From assembly GCF_009914755.1 (NCBI RefSeq), contig NC_060927.1: a stretch of DNA of 64,000 nucleotides, one strand, 5' to 3'. Shown piece after piece: positions 48,861 through 64,000 of the stretch (positions within the stretch are counted from its first letter, which is position 1; every line of letters begins with the position of its first letter). Under the pieces are notes generated by a model. That model did no database searches, was not told the origin of the DNA, and worked only from the letters and a program-made list of their open reading frames with translations. The translations under genes were made by a program, and so were the position numbers. Source of the stretch: the human T2T-CHM13v2.0 reference genome, Homo sapiens.

Positions 48861-51059
48861 AGCCCTGAAATAAATAGAAATCATCATTGCACATTACATT
48901 TACATATTGCACCACTGGATACAAATATACTCTCATAATCAAAAGAATCTAGTTTCTCATACATTTAGCTGTTTGAGTACCATTCACAATTTCCAGGGAC
49001 AGATTTTGACTTTATCTATTCAGACCTTTAAAAACCCGTCGAGTGTGGACAATTCAAAAGTGTAATTCTTGGAATCACATAGTGTATCTAAGAAACATTA
49101 GGTATTTAATCTTGCTAATAGTAAACTTTATGGATATGTTACTAAAATTCATTTATATTTTATTAATAATTATTAGGATCTTGAAGAATAATGTGCATTA
49201 TGTCAGGTCAGCTGAATTTCCGTAAATTCCATCTGCTCTTTGATTTCAAGATGTGAATGCTTTTCAATTATGAAACTCATGAAAGTCAGTTGAAATTTAT
49301 TTATCATGTCCACTTCCATCCCTTCACCTAAGCTCTCACACAAACTTAGATCTCCTTGCAAGGTGCCAACTGCAAGAAGGAGGTCCAAAGTGACAAGACT
49401 TCTCTGGACACTGTTCATTGACGGTTGACTGCTCTAGACGTAAACGAATCCTACAATAACTGGATTCATTTTCTTAGCCTTCCATTCTTTCTTATTTCTT
49501 GCTCACTCCTTTCTCTGGTATCCTGTATTAATTAGGCAGTGAATAAGACAAAGAACAATACCTCTTTGTGTTCCTACAGATTCAGTTACTATCACTAACT
49601 GAATCCCCAAGCATGCAATTTAGCATCTCTCTACTTAGGTCAAAGCATGTTGCGAAATTCGCAAGACTCCAATCCTACTTAATTTTCATTTATTTTAATA
49701 TTATATAGCGCAGAGTCCTTGTAAGAGGAGTAATGGTATTCTGTGAAACCACATAAGCAACAACAGGGTGCTATATTTCCCCAAAGACAGGAACTCGCCA
49801 GTATTGACAACTTAAGTGGCAAATCTACCCAATACCGCAGTAGTTAAGACCCATTTGTTTTCAGGAAGTGGAGTGAATGAGCTGCTTCTCCTCCTGGTAT
49901 GCCTCTTCTAGTAGGTCTAGTGATAAGATGTCATGTCTCAGCCACCCTCTTAGTGGTGCACATTCTGGAAGGGACTACAGAGTTTCCAGAGGTGCCAGCA
50001 AAAGGCTCTGCCAATGTAAGTATCCCTACATGAGTAGGTTGGGAGTGGATTTAGACATTGCTTGAAATAGGGACCTTTACATCTATATTAGTTTTTTTTA
50101 AAATAAATTATTATGTGTCTATTAGTAGCTTCACTTTATTCTTCTGATTTGTCCTGTTCCTCACCCCATCCCTTGCATAATCCACACCAAACCTCATTCT
50201 GTCCTTGAGCTTCATTCAACCTGTGCTTTCCATTCAACTCCAGAGCCATACTCTGTGTCTTACTCCATCTCTCACTGAGGTGCTGGACACTCAGGGATGG
50301 GTGAGGGATGGAGTGTGGATTAGGGGCAAGTTAGGATGAAGGGTGAAATGAGGCTCTTTCACAAGGTAATGGTTAGAAATATCACTGCAGAAATTATTTG
50401 TAATTTTAAAAATCACGTTTTTAAGTTCTGACTCATATCAGTCAATGTGACACTATTGGAGTAGCTGTGTCAAAACATTCTATTAATCTGCCACTTAACT
50501 ACACGAAAATGTCTTCTTTTTGGCCTTCAGTGACCTCAACAACTCTTCACCTTGAACATTGATGGTGGAGAGATTATTGGTGCTGTCAAAGTTTGCCCTA
50601 TAAATTTATCAAGAGAAACAGGGAAAAGGGTGAGTTCTTGGAACTTGCTAGCAGAATAGTAGTACATTCCTGTATTTCCTTATCTACCTTTGGCCTTTGG
50701 CCTTTGGCCTTTTATCTCATTTCTCTGTGTCCATGGTCCTCTGTAACTTCTGCTAACATTTTCTAGTTCATCAAAGACACCACTTCCAAGGGCATTTATT
50801 TACCCATGGAAATTGGTTGGAAATTTGATGTTACCAAGAGCTGCTTTATTCAATATGTGGGATGAATGTAAATTTATCAATTCATGTTGAACAAATATAA
50901 AATATAAGTTAGGTTAGTGGTGAATAGCACTGTTCATAGACTAGAGTCTCATGAAGTGCAAGGGGCCCTGAGATGCGGAAAGTGGTACTTGGATAACTTT
51001 TATCTAAAATTTGTGCTCTGATTCTTTTATAACGTCTTAATAAATGGTTACACACATCA

Positions 51060-51290
51060 GTAGACCAGCAATGCCTACCCCATAAGGTGAGCTATTCCAT
51101 TTCCAGTTGGTTCTAATTCAAGCCTTTCCTGAATTTGAGCTGAAATCTACCTTCCTGATCCTTCTTCTAGTCCAAGTGTGGCTCACTACAACCTTGGATT
51201 GAAATTAACTCATCTTCAACCTGACAAATTTTCAAATATTTGAAGACAGATATAACTGGTCTCTGCTTCTTGGTTTAAATGACATCTTAC
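51060..51290 (-). mobile_element. L3/CR1 LINE fragment
   Basis: TTGAGCTGAAATCTACCTTCCTG and TTCAAATATTTGAAGACAG, typical antisense CR1 3' region. Confidence 0.6.
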
Positions 51291-52766
51291 CTTTAATTTG
51301 TGACATCAAAGTATAGGTCAGCAATGATAGAATCCAGATGTTGATCAATCAAATGCTATGGTTTTGACTTTTCTCAAAATATGCCACCCTATCCATCACA
51401 GTATTTACAGCCATGGTGGTGCTTGAAAGCAGGTGATTATTTATAAAATCCCTGATGTGTGCAGATTCTCAGAGTGTACAGTTTAATTTATAACCAGTAA
51501 AATGGTACATACTGGCAGATGAAGGGGCTTTCAAACAATAAGCAAATCTCCAGGAGACACCCTGCATCTCTAAAGAAATGTGAGGTTTTTGAAAGGTAGA
51601 TTTAAAATATTCTAATGCTTAAAAATAATGTATAAACTGGCAAATACTTAAGTGGATATTATCCAAGTACTTCTAACTTCATTATAATTCTATACTAAGA
51701 GAATTAAGAATTTTGTCTTTTTTTAATAAAAAGCATTTCCATGAAAATAGACTTACATTCTATGCCCTAGATGTTTTTATTGATTTACTGTTTCTGAAAT
51801 TTCTCTGTTTTTGTCTATTTTATTATCTGAGATAAAATTCTTGGGGCTTTGCCTCAATCTCTTATGTTTTAATGTAGAGATTAAAGTAATCCTTTTTGAA
51901 AATATGATGATAGTAAGACATGCTGAAATATTTATCAAACATATTTATAATCTCTTTATTATGTGACTTTTATTTAATAACAAACTTGTTTTAGACGGAA
52001 AAGGACAGGATTAACTTTTCTTATGAAGATAAATGAGAACAAAAAGTATATATAATTTATTGCTGCTCTGTGAGTTCCTAGAGTTACTAAAGAATAGCAA
52101 TGAAAATAATTGCAAGAAAATTGGAGAGAGAACTTCCACATGCTGAAATGATGAACTGAAAATGTTTTTACTTAAGGATGAGTAAATTACTTTCACACAG
52201 TTGAGCACACATTCCACATTTTTATATTCTGTATAGGCAGAAACTTTTTAAGAAGAGTCAGATCTCTTGGAAGCAAGTTACAAAGTTTATGGGAAAGTTT
52301 ATAATATTCATTCATTTATTCGTTGTTTGCTCAATATCAGCACCAACAGAATACAATTTTTATGACACTTGCCATATTTTGTCTTGTAGGATACTTTTTA
52401 ATATATATGTGTAGGTTATAATTTCCTTGAGTCAGGGTATGAGTGTTGTTCACATTTGTATTACATGTGAGGCTGAGAATAGGCACAGCAGGCAGCTACT
52501 CAATGTAAATTCTATTTCCATAGATTTTTGATGTTGCTGCTAAAGTATCATTTCCATATTTTTTTGAATCTCTGCCCTAAGTAATTATCAAAGACACACT
52601 GTGAGTTACAATACAAATTTATTTAACTTTAAAAGGATTTTAAAGTACATTTGTGGTCTCATTTCCAGAATTCAGCAGAGCCTTACAAAGGAGAATGCTT
52701 CAGAATCTGTCAACTCAGGGTTGCATTCTGAGTGATGCACAATCAAAAGGGGTGGGGAGGACTTAC

Positions 52767-53068
52767 GTCAAATACCAAATTCATACAATGTAGATGGTTG
52801 GTATGAGAATATATGCAGAACATAATATATTTTCTCCAGCTCCCAAGCTAAGTTGAAAAGAAATTTGAATTCGTATCCCACCTCTGATTTTATACGCCTT
52901 GCAAAACCATTTCTCAATTTGGCACCATTAGCAGCTGGATTGGAAGCCACAGTGTCTGCTCAACCAGATCCAATGAATTCAAAATCAGAGTGAATGGATA
53001 TTAAGACAGCAACACATGAGCAGAGCTGCATTACAGAAATGACACCAACGAATGACAGAGTTGCTATA
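52767..53068 (-). other. Candidate non-coding exon (unverified)
   Basis: Minus-strand acceptor TATTTCTTCCAAATATTTTTAG and donor GAC|GTAAGT; stops in all three frames. Confidence 0.25.
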
Positions 53069-53619
53069 CTAAAAATATTTGGAAGAAATAATATAGATTT
53101 ATTCATGACAATGATGAGGGTTGGTTTTTATCTAGGTTAGTTGATAAAAAGCAGATTTAAAGAAGTAGTAAAATTTTAATTTAATGAAATCAAATGACAA
53201 AAATTATTGAACTGGATCTTTTGCATACTAGATGTAATTTTAGGTTGAAATAATACAATACAGGCTATTCATGAATGGCTACTTTATTGACAGCAGATAT
53301 AATTCTACAGGGTGCTAAAACATTACACAGTTGTACAACCCAAATGAGTATTGATTGGAGAACAGCCTCAAACATATTTATGCCATTCTACAGCAATATA
53401 GAAAACATGAATTTTTTGAGAATGATTTGAAAACCAAGAATTATTTGAAAGGTTGTTGCACCAACCATTGCGACAGTAAATGTTCTATCTGCAATTCTGA
53501 TGGCTCATTAGTTATTTTCAGATAAATCTTTTGCCAAAGAGAACAAGGTTTATTTTATGTATGCAGAAGACTTAAAGGAGGCAGTCAAATAAAAAATATA
53601 CATATGGAAGAAATCTGTG

Positions 53620-54440
<821 letters not shown>

Positions 54441-54476
54441 TTAAAATTTGGAGCCGACTCTGATTTTCAGTGTTAG

Positions 54477-54836
54477 TGCTGTAGAGTGAATTGTGTCTCC
54501 CCTAATTCATATGTCGAAGCCCAGTCCCTAATATGACTGTATTTGGAGATAAAACTTCTAGGTTATTAAGGTTAAATTAGGTCATAAAGGTAAGGTCTTA
54601 ATCTAATAGGATTTTTGGCCTATACGAAGAGAAGGGTTTCTTTCTCTCTGTTATGTGAGGACACAATCAGAAGGTGGCTGTCTGCAAGCCAGGAAAAGAG
54701 CACTTATGAGGAACCAAAATAGTCAACACCTTGATCTTAAACTTCCCAGCATCCGTAACTGTGAGAAAATAGTTTTTGTTGTTTAAGCAGCTCACTCTAT
54801 GGTATCTTGTTATGGAAGCCTGAATACACTAAGACA
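54477..54836 (+). mobile_element. MLT1A/A0 solo LTR
   Basis: TGCTGTAGAGTGAATTGTGTC...TCTGCAAGCCAGGAAAAGAG...CTAAGACA. Confidence 0.88.
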
Positions 54837-55704
54837 GTGTAGAAAATCTGAACTATATTTTGCCTTTGGAAATATTTTTTTAATGCATAGGTTGTCTGAC
54901 TGTCCTTTATATGTGTAAGTGAGATGAAAACAATAATTATTTAAAACCAAGTATGACTACAGTTTACTTTGTCTTCTAAAGCAAGTGACTTAGTTTATAT
55001 GTGTTATATTGCTCTCTTCCATTTTTAAAGGACATGGAGATAATTCTACTCATGGACTACTGAATTGGATCTTGTCAGGCATTTTATTCAGAAGCATTTT
55101 ATTTTTAAAAAACTGTAGAGAAGTACTCTTTCATTCTTCGTACTATATTTCAGCCATTATGTGTTAAATGGGCTTTAATAGACAACCCTGAAAGTATTTG
55201 TTATTTTATTTCTACAAAAACTGCAATCTGATTTCTAGGTCATTGACTTACATATGAACTTTAGGAACACAATCCATAAATGACCTGGAATTTGCCTATA
55301 CAAATAAGTAGAAACAGGTAGATGATGGTAATAATCAACCTTCAGTAGATCAAATAGTTGTAGTGAATTTTTTAAATAGGGCAATCTTTTTCATGCATTG
55401 TAAAATGACTTTGGACATTTAGTTTGCAACCTTTGAATATACAACAAAGTTTTTATTGGTTGTGGTTGAAATTCAGACTGCTTCAGAGATATCATCCTTA
55501 AACTGAAATTTATTACCTGTGTAAAGTTTGATTCATAGACGCTAGGAATAGAGAAAGCCCCTCATCCCTATCTTATCTATTTGATCTGTGAAACCATTTC
55601 TGGTGCATTTTTCTGAAGTGGCATTTAGATGGAGGAATCCAGGAGGCCTGGACTCCTAGGCAGATAGGTCATCACTTTTGGAATGATCAGTCTAGCAGTA
55701 AGGA

Positions 55705-55925
55705 GAAGTAGTGACACATAGCTACTAAGAGCAGGTGCTGTGGATTTAGTCAGAGTAAGCTCCAATCCCACCTCTGCAACTGTTTGGCTATGGGCTTTGG
55801 GCATATTTCTTAACTTCTCCCCAGCCCTGTTTCTTCATCTTCAAAATCAGGATTCTACCTAACAATTTGAGTTGTAATGAGGATAGTATGTATCCATTCC
55901 TGCTACTTAATGAGTATGGTGCCTT
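55705..55925 (+). mobile_element. MIR SINE
   Basis: CTTTGGGCATATTTCTTAACTTCTC..TGTTTCTTCATCT, GTTGTAATGAGGAT. Confidence 0.65.
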
Positions 55926-55929
55926 AATT

Positions 55930-56724
<795 letters not shown>

Positions 56725-56725
<1 letters not shown>

Positions 56726-57490
56726 TTTGAGGTACAGTTGATATATAATAAATTGCACAGGTTTAAAATATGGAATTTGACAAGTTTTATAAATGTAGTG
56801 AGATGAAAGCAATATGTCTATACCAGTTAAACCATCACCAAAATCAAGATAATGAACATATCTATCACTTCCTGAGGTTTCCTTGTGCCCCTTTATAAAT
56901 TGCTTCCTACCATCCCGTCTGCCCATGCCCCCATCCCAAAACATCATTTACCTGATTTGTCAGCCTGTATTTTCTAGAATTATATATAAATGGAATCATA
57001 CACTATGTATTCCTCTTTGGCCTCTTTTGTGTAGCATAATTACATTCAAGTTCATTTATATTGCTCTGTGTATTTTGCTCATTAGTATTCCATTTTACAG
57101 ACATACCACAAATTGTGGCTACTCATCTTTTGATAAGTATTTAGGTTGTTTCCAGTTTTTAGCTATTGCAACTAAAGCTGCTATAAACACTTGTATATAA
57201 GTCTTTGTACGAACATATGCTTTCATGTATCTGGTGAACCATACCAACACAGGCTTTTCATTTATAATGGCTGGGTCATATGTAGTTAAGAAACTGCAAA
57301 GCAACTTTCCAGTGTGGTTTTATCATTTTACATAACCACCAGCAATGTTTGAGAGCTGCTGTTGTTTCATGTCTTCACCAATGCTTGATATTGTCAGCCT
57401 TTTTTATTTTGGCCATTCTAAAAGTTATGTAGTAGTATTTCATTGTCATTCTAATTTGTATTTCACTGATGACTAATGATGTTGAATGTC
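56725..57490 (-). mobile_element. L1MC/MD-type 3' end including the ORF2 C-terminus
   Basis: ORF 57119-57304(-) YDPAI...FIAALVAIAKNWKQPK matches the L1 ORF2 C-terminal motifs. Confidence 0.85.
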
Positions 57491-57923
57491 ATTAGATTTC
57501 AAACTGTTGTGTGGGACAAAATGAGTATTTGGCAATTAATAGCTTTCCTGTATGCAAACAATCAGTAAACAAAATTTTTAGTGGGCAAAATATATCATTT
57601 ATGATGATATTCAAAAAGACAACACAGGAATCTTAACATAAAATGTTTGGATAAGCATAAAAAATATAAAATACCCCTAGAAGATATAAAATAAGCCTCA
57701 ATCACAGAAAGATTCAATATTATAAAGATTTCAATTCTCCTTAAATTTACAAGTTATAAATTTAAAATGTGTTATAAAGTTATACATTGAATAGCCTTCC
57801 AATAACAAGTATCAGTTTTTAATTTTAACTAGACTAGCTCCTTATGAATTTACATGGAAAAATAACAACATGAATAATAAGGAAAACTCTGGATCAATGA
57901 AGGAAGACTAGCCTATCAGATAG

Positions 57924-58359
57924 TGTAACAGGTTCTCCAAAGAAACAGAACAAACTATGTGTGTATGTTTGTGTATGGAGAGAGGGGGAGAGAGAGAGAG
58001 TTTAAGGAATTGGCTTAGGTGATTGTTGCGGCTTAGTAAATCCAAAATCTTTAGGGTAGGCTGGCAGGCTAGAGACCCAGGAAAGAGTTGCAGTTTTGAG
58101 TCCAAAGGCAGTCTTCTGGCAAAATTTCTTCTTGCTCTAAGGAAATGTGGGGTGGGGGTGGGGAGTCAGTCTTTGTTCTATTAAAGGCCCTCAAGTGATG
58201 GGAGGAGGCCCACCCACATTTTGGAAAGTAATCTGCTTTACTCAAAGTCTACTCATTTAGAAGTTAAAATATTCAAAAAATACTTTCACAGAAACACCTA
58301 GAACAATGTTGGACCACAATTTGGCCCAGCCACATTGACACATAAAATTAACTGTCATG
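57924..58359 (-). mobile_element. MLT2 (MLT2D-like) ERVL LTR
   Basis: GGTTCTCCAAAGAAACAGAAC, TAAGGAATTGGCT, GTAGGCTGGCAGGCTAGAGACCCAGG, TTGACACATAAAATTAAC. Confidence 0.85.
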
Positions 58360-58467
58360 AATAATAAGGCATATTACAAAATTTCAGTAAATAAAACAGT
58401 GTAGTACTGGCCTATATATAGGCATACAGGCCAGAGAAAAAAGTACATATGAGAATTGAATAGATGG

Positions 58468-58683
58468 CAAGGGTTGGAAAATTATGGTCAACAGGTCAAA
58501 ACCAGCCTTCAGCCTACTTTTGCAAATAAAATGTTATTGAAATACAGACACACTCATTTGTTTATGAATCATCTATGGTTGTTTTTGCATGATGATGGCA
58601 GAATTGAACAATTGGGACAGGGATCTAGAAAGTCTAAAATATTTGCTATCTAGCCCTTTATGGAAAATGTTTGCTGATCTGTG
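58468..58683. mobile_element. MER58A hAT-Charlie element
   Basis: AAATAAAATGTTATTGAAATACAG, CTAAAATATTTGCTATCTAGCCCTTTA..GAAAATGTTTGC. Confidence 0.8.
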
Positions 58684-60339
58684 ATATCCAGCATACCAAG
58701 TTAGCAGAGAAAAAACTGGACTATTTGATAAATGGTTCTGAGAGCACTGATTAGCCATCTGGAGAAGGACAAGATGGATCTATACTTCAGACTTGTACCA
58801 GAATAAACTCCAAATTGATCAAAGGTGTAAGGTAAAGTATAAAACATAAACAACTAAAATAATATATGAGAAGTCTTGTTACCAATTATTTTAAATCCAG
58901 AAGACATAAAAGATTAATACATTCGATAACTTTTTTTAAAAACCCCAAACTTCTGCATGGCAAAAACCACTATAAGTAAAGTCAAAAGAGGAGCAACAAA
59001 TTGTAAAAAAATTTGCAACTCATATCACAGAACAGAGGTTTAATTTTTCTAATATGAAAAGAGATCCTAAAAATTAAAATAAAGATTAACAACTAACTCA
59101 ACAGCAAAATGAGCAAAAAGATGTGAACTGTTCATAAAAAGAGAAGCAAAACATATCTTAAATATTGAGATCCTTAACTATACTTCTAATAAAGTGAAAC
59201 AAAAATTAAAATGTTCTTATATACCAGTTTTCAGCAATGATATGGGCAAAAATTAAAATTTTGATAACATTTTGTTGATGGTGCTGGAGCAAACAGAACT
59301 ATCTATTGGTGAAAGTGTAATTTGGAGCAATTTTAAAGCAGTTTCTCTGATATCTATGAATTTAGAGCAGTTTTTCTGATATCTACGAATACTACAAATG
59401 TATATAATCTATAACCCAGTAATTATTTTTCTAGGAATTTAGTTAGGGCTATATTTATACCCACGTGTGAAATCACTTATCCATAATGTAATAATGACAT
59501 TTGTTTGTAAGTGCAAAAGAATGGAAATAACCTAAATGGTCATCAATAGGAAACTGGTTAATTAAAATAGTTACGCATATCCATTCAAAGTAATAAAATG
59601 CAACTGTAAAAAAAGAGTAAGCAAGCTCTCTATGTGTGAATATGAAATGAACTCAAAGCTAAAGTTTGCATGTATGTTTGTGTGTGAGAGAGAAAAAGTA
59701 AGATGAATAGAACAGTGTATGGTGCACTATCACTTATGTTTAGAAAGGGAAAAGCAGGAGTATACATATTGATTGTCTAACAATTAAGAGGGATATATGT
59801 ACTCAGAAGAATGATTACCTCTGCATGTCTGTAGGTGGGAGATCAGGGGTGAAAGTGAGACCTTTTACTGTATTAAAATGTTTAAGGGCATAAGAAAAAA
59901 GAAACAGAAACCATAATGGAAGAAAAAGACAGAACCAAAGATTTTACACTAGAGAAATTTCCCACTGTATGGTATCATTAACTATACCAGCATCTAGCAT
60001 ATTGTAAGCACTCAACAAATGCCTTATTTGTATTGATTAGATGATGTGTCTTTATAAAGCAGAGGTATTACTTAATAAGATGCCATCCCAGTAGCTCTTC
60101 TAGATTTTCCTCAGATATTTGTAGGTAATTTTAAAGGATATGAACCACAGCAAGACCTCACCTTTGTGAATCCTTGTCAGGGATACTCTTGAGTCAGAAA
60201 GATCCAGGTCCCTGGCTGTGGGCTTTTAATATTTCCCCTGTCCCAGAAATATTTGCCCTATCCCAGAAAATAAGGGACATTACATGAACAGAGATCGTGT
60301 GATCTCCAATTCAATGCATGCAAGGTCATGTAACCAAAG

Positions 60340-60374
<35 letters not shown>

Positions 60375-60470
60375 AACACCACACACACACACACACATAG
60401 AAAGAAGAAAAGGAGGAAGAAAAGAAAGAGAAGAAGGAAGAAAGGAAGGAGGAAGAGAAGGAGGAAAAAA
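60340..60470. repeat. Compound (TAAA)n-(CA)n-polypurine tract
   Basis: (TAAA)8 at 60340-60375, (AC)9, then ~70 nt of A/G only. Confidence 0.9.
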
Positions 60471-62268
60471 CTCACTATTACTGCCCCAGCCAGCACATTT
60501 GGCTTCCTATTCCATTTTCCAAAGCCCACTCACTTGTAGCCTGAAACTCCAAGCCACAGAGTTATCATTTAAGTAACTACCATTAAATGGGTATCATTTA
60601 AGATACCCTATTTCTTGCATATTTTCCAGAAATATCTCATGCATATACTTGTATGTAAAAGTAGCTCTTCTATATCTTTCTTTCTCACTTAAAAATGTAT
60701 CTTGAAGGTCTTTCTTTTTTAATGGTTCTATGCATTGCATTGTATGGATTTGGGCTAATTATAGTTGATCATGTGTCCAAAGGGCTGAAATCCAGCCTGT
60801 GTACCACTGACATGGGACTGTGAGAACCAGGAGGAGGCAATGTTTCTAACTTTTTCATTATTATTGTATCTGGTATGTTGATCTGTGACCAGTGAGCTTT
60901 GACGTTATTTTGTAATTGTTTTGAGGTACCATGAACTGCACTCATATAAGATGATGAACTAAATTGATCAATGTTGTGTGTGTTCTGACTGCCCCAGTGA
61001 CAGCTGCTCTTCATCTCTCTCCCTCTCCTCAGGCCTGCCTATTCTCTGAGAAACACAGTATTAAAATTAGGACAATTAATAACCCTACAATTGCCTCCAT
61101 GTGTTCAAGTGAAAGGGTGAGTCGCATGTCTCTCACTTTCAATCAAACCCAGAAATAATTAAGCTTAGTGAGGAAGGCATGTTGAAAGCCTACATAGGTT
61201 AAAAGCCAGGCCCATTGTACCAAAAAGTTAGCCAACTGGTGAATGCAAAGGGAAAGTTTTTGAATTAAATTGTAAGTGCTACTCCAGTGAATATAAATGA
61301 TAGGAAGCAAAACAGTCTTACTGCTGATGTGGAGAATGTTTGAGTGGTCTGGATACAAGATAAAACCAGCACAACATTCCCTTAAGCCAGTGCCTAATCC
61401 AGAGCAAGATCCTAAATCTCTTCGATTCTATGAAGTCCCAGAGAGATGAGGAAGCTGCAGAAGAAAAGTTGGAAGCTAGCAGAGGTTGGTTCATGAAGTT
61501 TAAGGAAAGAAGCTGTCTCAATAACATAAAAGTACAAGGTGAGGTAGAAAGTGCTGATGGAGAAACTGCACCAAGTTATCCAGAAGATCTAGTTAAGATA
61601 ACTAATGAAGGTGGCTACACTAAACAACAGATCTTCAATGCAGATGAAAAAGACTTCTGTTGGAAGAAGATGACATCCAGGGCTTTCACTACTAGAGAGG
61701 AGAAGTCAATGCTAGGCTTCAAAACTTCAAAGCACAGGCTGACTGTCTTGTTAGGAAGTTATGAAGCTGGCATCTTTAAGTTGAAGCCAATGCTCATTTA
61801 CCATTCTGAAAATCCTAGGGCCTTTAAGAATTATGCTAAATCTACTCTGCCTGTGCTCTATAAATAGAACAACAAAGCTTGGGTAACTGCATATTTGTTT
61901 ATAGCATGGTTTACTGAATACTTTGAGCTTATTGTTGAGACCTACTGCTCAGAAAAAAAAGATTCCTTTCAAAATATTACTGCTCACTGACAATGCACTT
62001 AGTCACTTAAGAACTCTGATGCAGACGTACAAGGAGATGAATGTTGTTTTCCCACCTGCTAACACAACAACCATTTTGCACCTCATGGGTCTAGGAATAA
62101 TTTCAACTTTCAAGTCTTATTATTTAAGAAATACATTTCATGGGGCTATAGCTGCTATAGATAGTGATTTCTCTGATGGATCTGGCCAAAGTAAATTGAA
62201 AATCTTCTGGAAAGGATTTACCATTCTAGATACCAAAAAGAATATTCATGATTCATGGGAGGAGGTCA

Positions 62269-62954
<686 letters not shown>

Positions 62955-64000
62955 AGGAGTTTGGAAGAAATTGATTCCATCGTGGATAACTTTGAAGGGT
63001 CCAAGATGTCTGTGGAGGAAATAACTGTAGTGGAAATGTGGTAGAAATAGCAAGAGAAGTAGAATCAGAAGTGGAGCTCGAAGATGTGATTGAATTGCTA
63101 CAATTTCATGATAAAAGTTGAATAAATGAGGAGTTGCTTCCTATGGAAGAGCAAAGAAAGTGGTTTCTTGATATGGAAACTACTCCCGGGGAAGATGCTG
63201 TGAACATTGTTGAAATGACAACAGAGAACGTAGAATATGACATGAATTTAGTTGATGAAGTGGTGGCAGGGTTTGAGAGGGTTAAGTCTAGTTTTTGAAG
63301 ACATGTTACTGTGTGTAGAATGCCATCAAACATGCTACAGAGACATCTTTTGTGAAAAGAAGAGTCAGTCAATGCAGCAACCTTCATGTCTTATTTTTAA
63401 AAAAGGCCACAGCCACCCCAACTTTCAGCAACCGCCATCCTGATCAGTCCACAGTCATCAACACAGAGGCAAAACTCTCCACCAGCAGAAAGTGTGGAAC
63501 TCTCTGAAGGCTTAGAAGACTGTTAGCACTTTTTAGCAATAAAATATTTTTTAAGTAAGAGATGTACATGGTTTTTTAGACATAATGTTATTGCACACTT
63601 TATAGATGACAGTATAATATAAGCATAACTTTTATGTGCACTGGGAAGCCAAAAAGTTTGTGTGACTCTTGTTACTGCGATATTCACTTTATTGCAGCAG
63701 TGTGGAGCTGATCCTGCAATATCTCTAAGGTATGCCTGTATATTTAATGGGTCTCTCATTGGTAGGTATATTTTTCCTAGCCTTTTTCTCCACTAATACA
63801 ACCAACATCGTAGTGAACAGTCTTGTGATATTTTTAATGGTGGGTGACACCGATTAACTTGTGGAGTCTTTGCCCCAACATGGCCTGAGTTACTTCCTGG
63901 TTTTAGCAGGCTACAGTTTGGCCACTTATCACTCTTATTTCTCATTTTTAGACTTATTCTAGCCTCTTAATTACTTCGACAGGTCTAAGATTAATTCCTT

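Larger units (their letters stand above)
57520..59880 (+). mobile_element. Old L1ME ORF2/3' region with nested MLT2 and MER58A
   Basis: GCTTTCCTGTATGCAAACAA, AAAACAGTGTAGTACTGGC, AATAAACTCCAAAT, TGGAAATAACCTAAATG. Confidence 0.75.

Noticed and set aside
50687-50712. (CCTTTGG)3 and other short direct repeats as a CRISPR-like or regulatory array
   Set aside because: No spacers and a eukaryotic context; simple slippage repeat.
52840-52993. + strand acceptor followed by a 50-codon frame (SQAKLKRN...SKSE*) as a terminal exon
   Set aside because: No recognisable homology and no upstream exons identified.

Overview
Human (primate-repeat-rich, AT-rich) non-coding genomic DNA, either intergenic or deep intronic. 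Two AluYa5 elements carrying all five diagnostic substitutions point to Homo sapiens. I can support no protein-coding exon, RNA gene, CpG island or CRISPR array. The supplied ORFs are Alu read-throughs, decayed L1 ORF2, HAL1 or Tigger1 transposase fragments, or chance frames. Well over half the window is layered transposon debris: 17 Alu/FLAM elements (most with visible target-site duplications, TSDs), L1M/L1PB, HAL1, L2, L3, MIR, MaLR/ERVL LTRs, MER33, MER58A, MER5, MADE1 and a near-complete Tigger1. Subfamily names were recognised by eye from remembered consensus sequences and need RepeatMasker/Dfam confirmation; boundaries of old elements are approximate. I did not find a new biological system. 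The most notable structures are: (1) an apparently ancient L1-mediated 3' transduction of ~350 bp of unique DNA inside an MLT1C LTR, bounded by a 16-bp TSD; (2) an inverted pair of young AluYa5 elements 11 kb apart; (3) template-switch scars, one of which built tandem NF-kB sites in an L2 and shares a 19/20-nt palindrome with a site 1 kb away; (4) an L1 that keeps its 5' end and ORF1 but has three internal deletions; (5) several motif-dense unique islands and one candidate non-coding exon.
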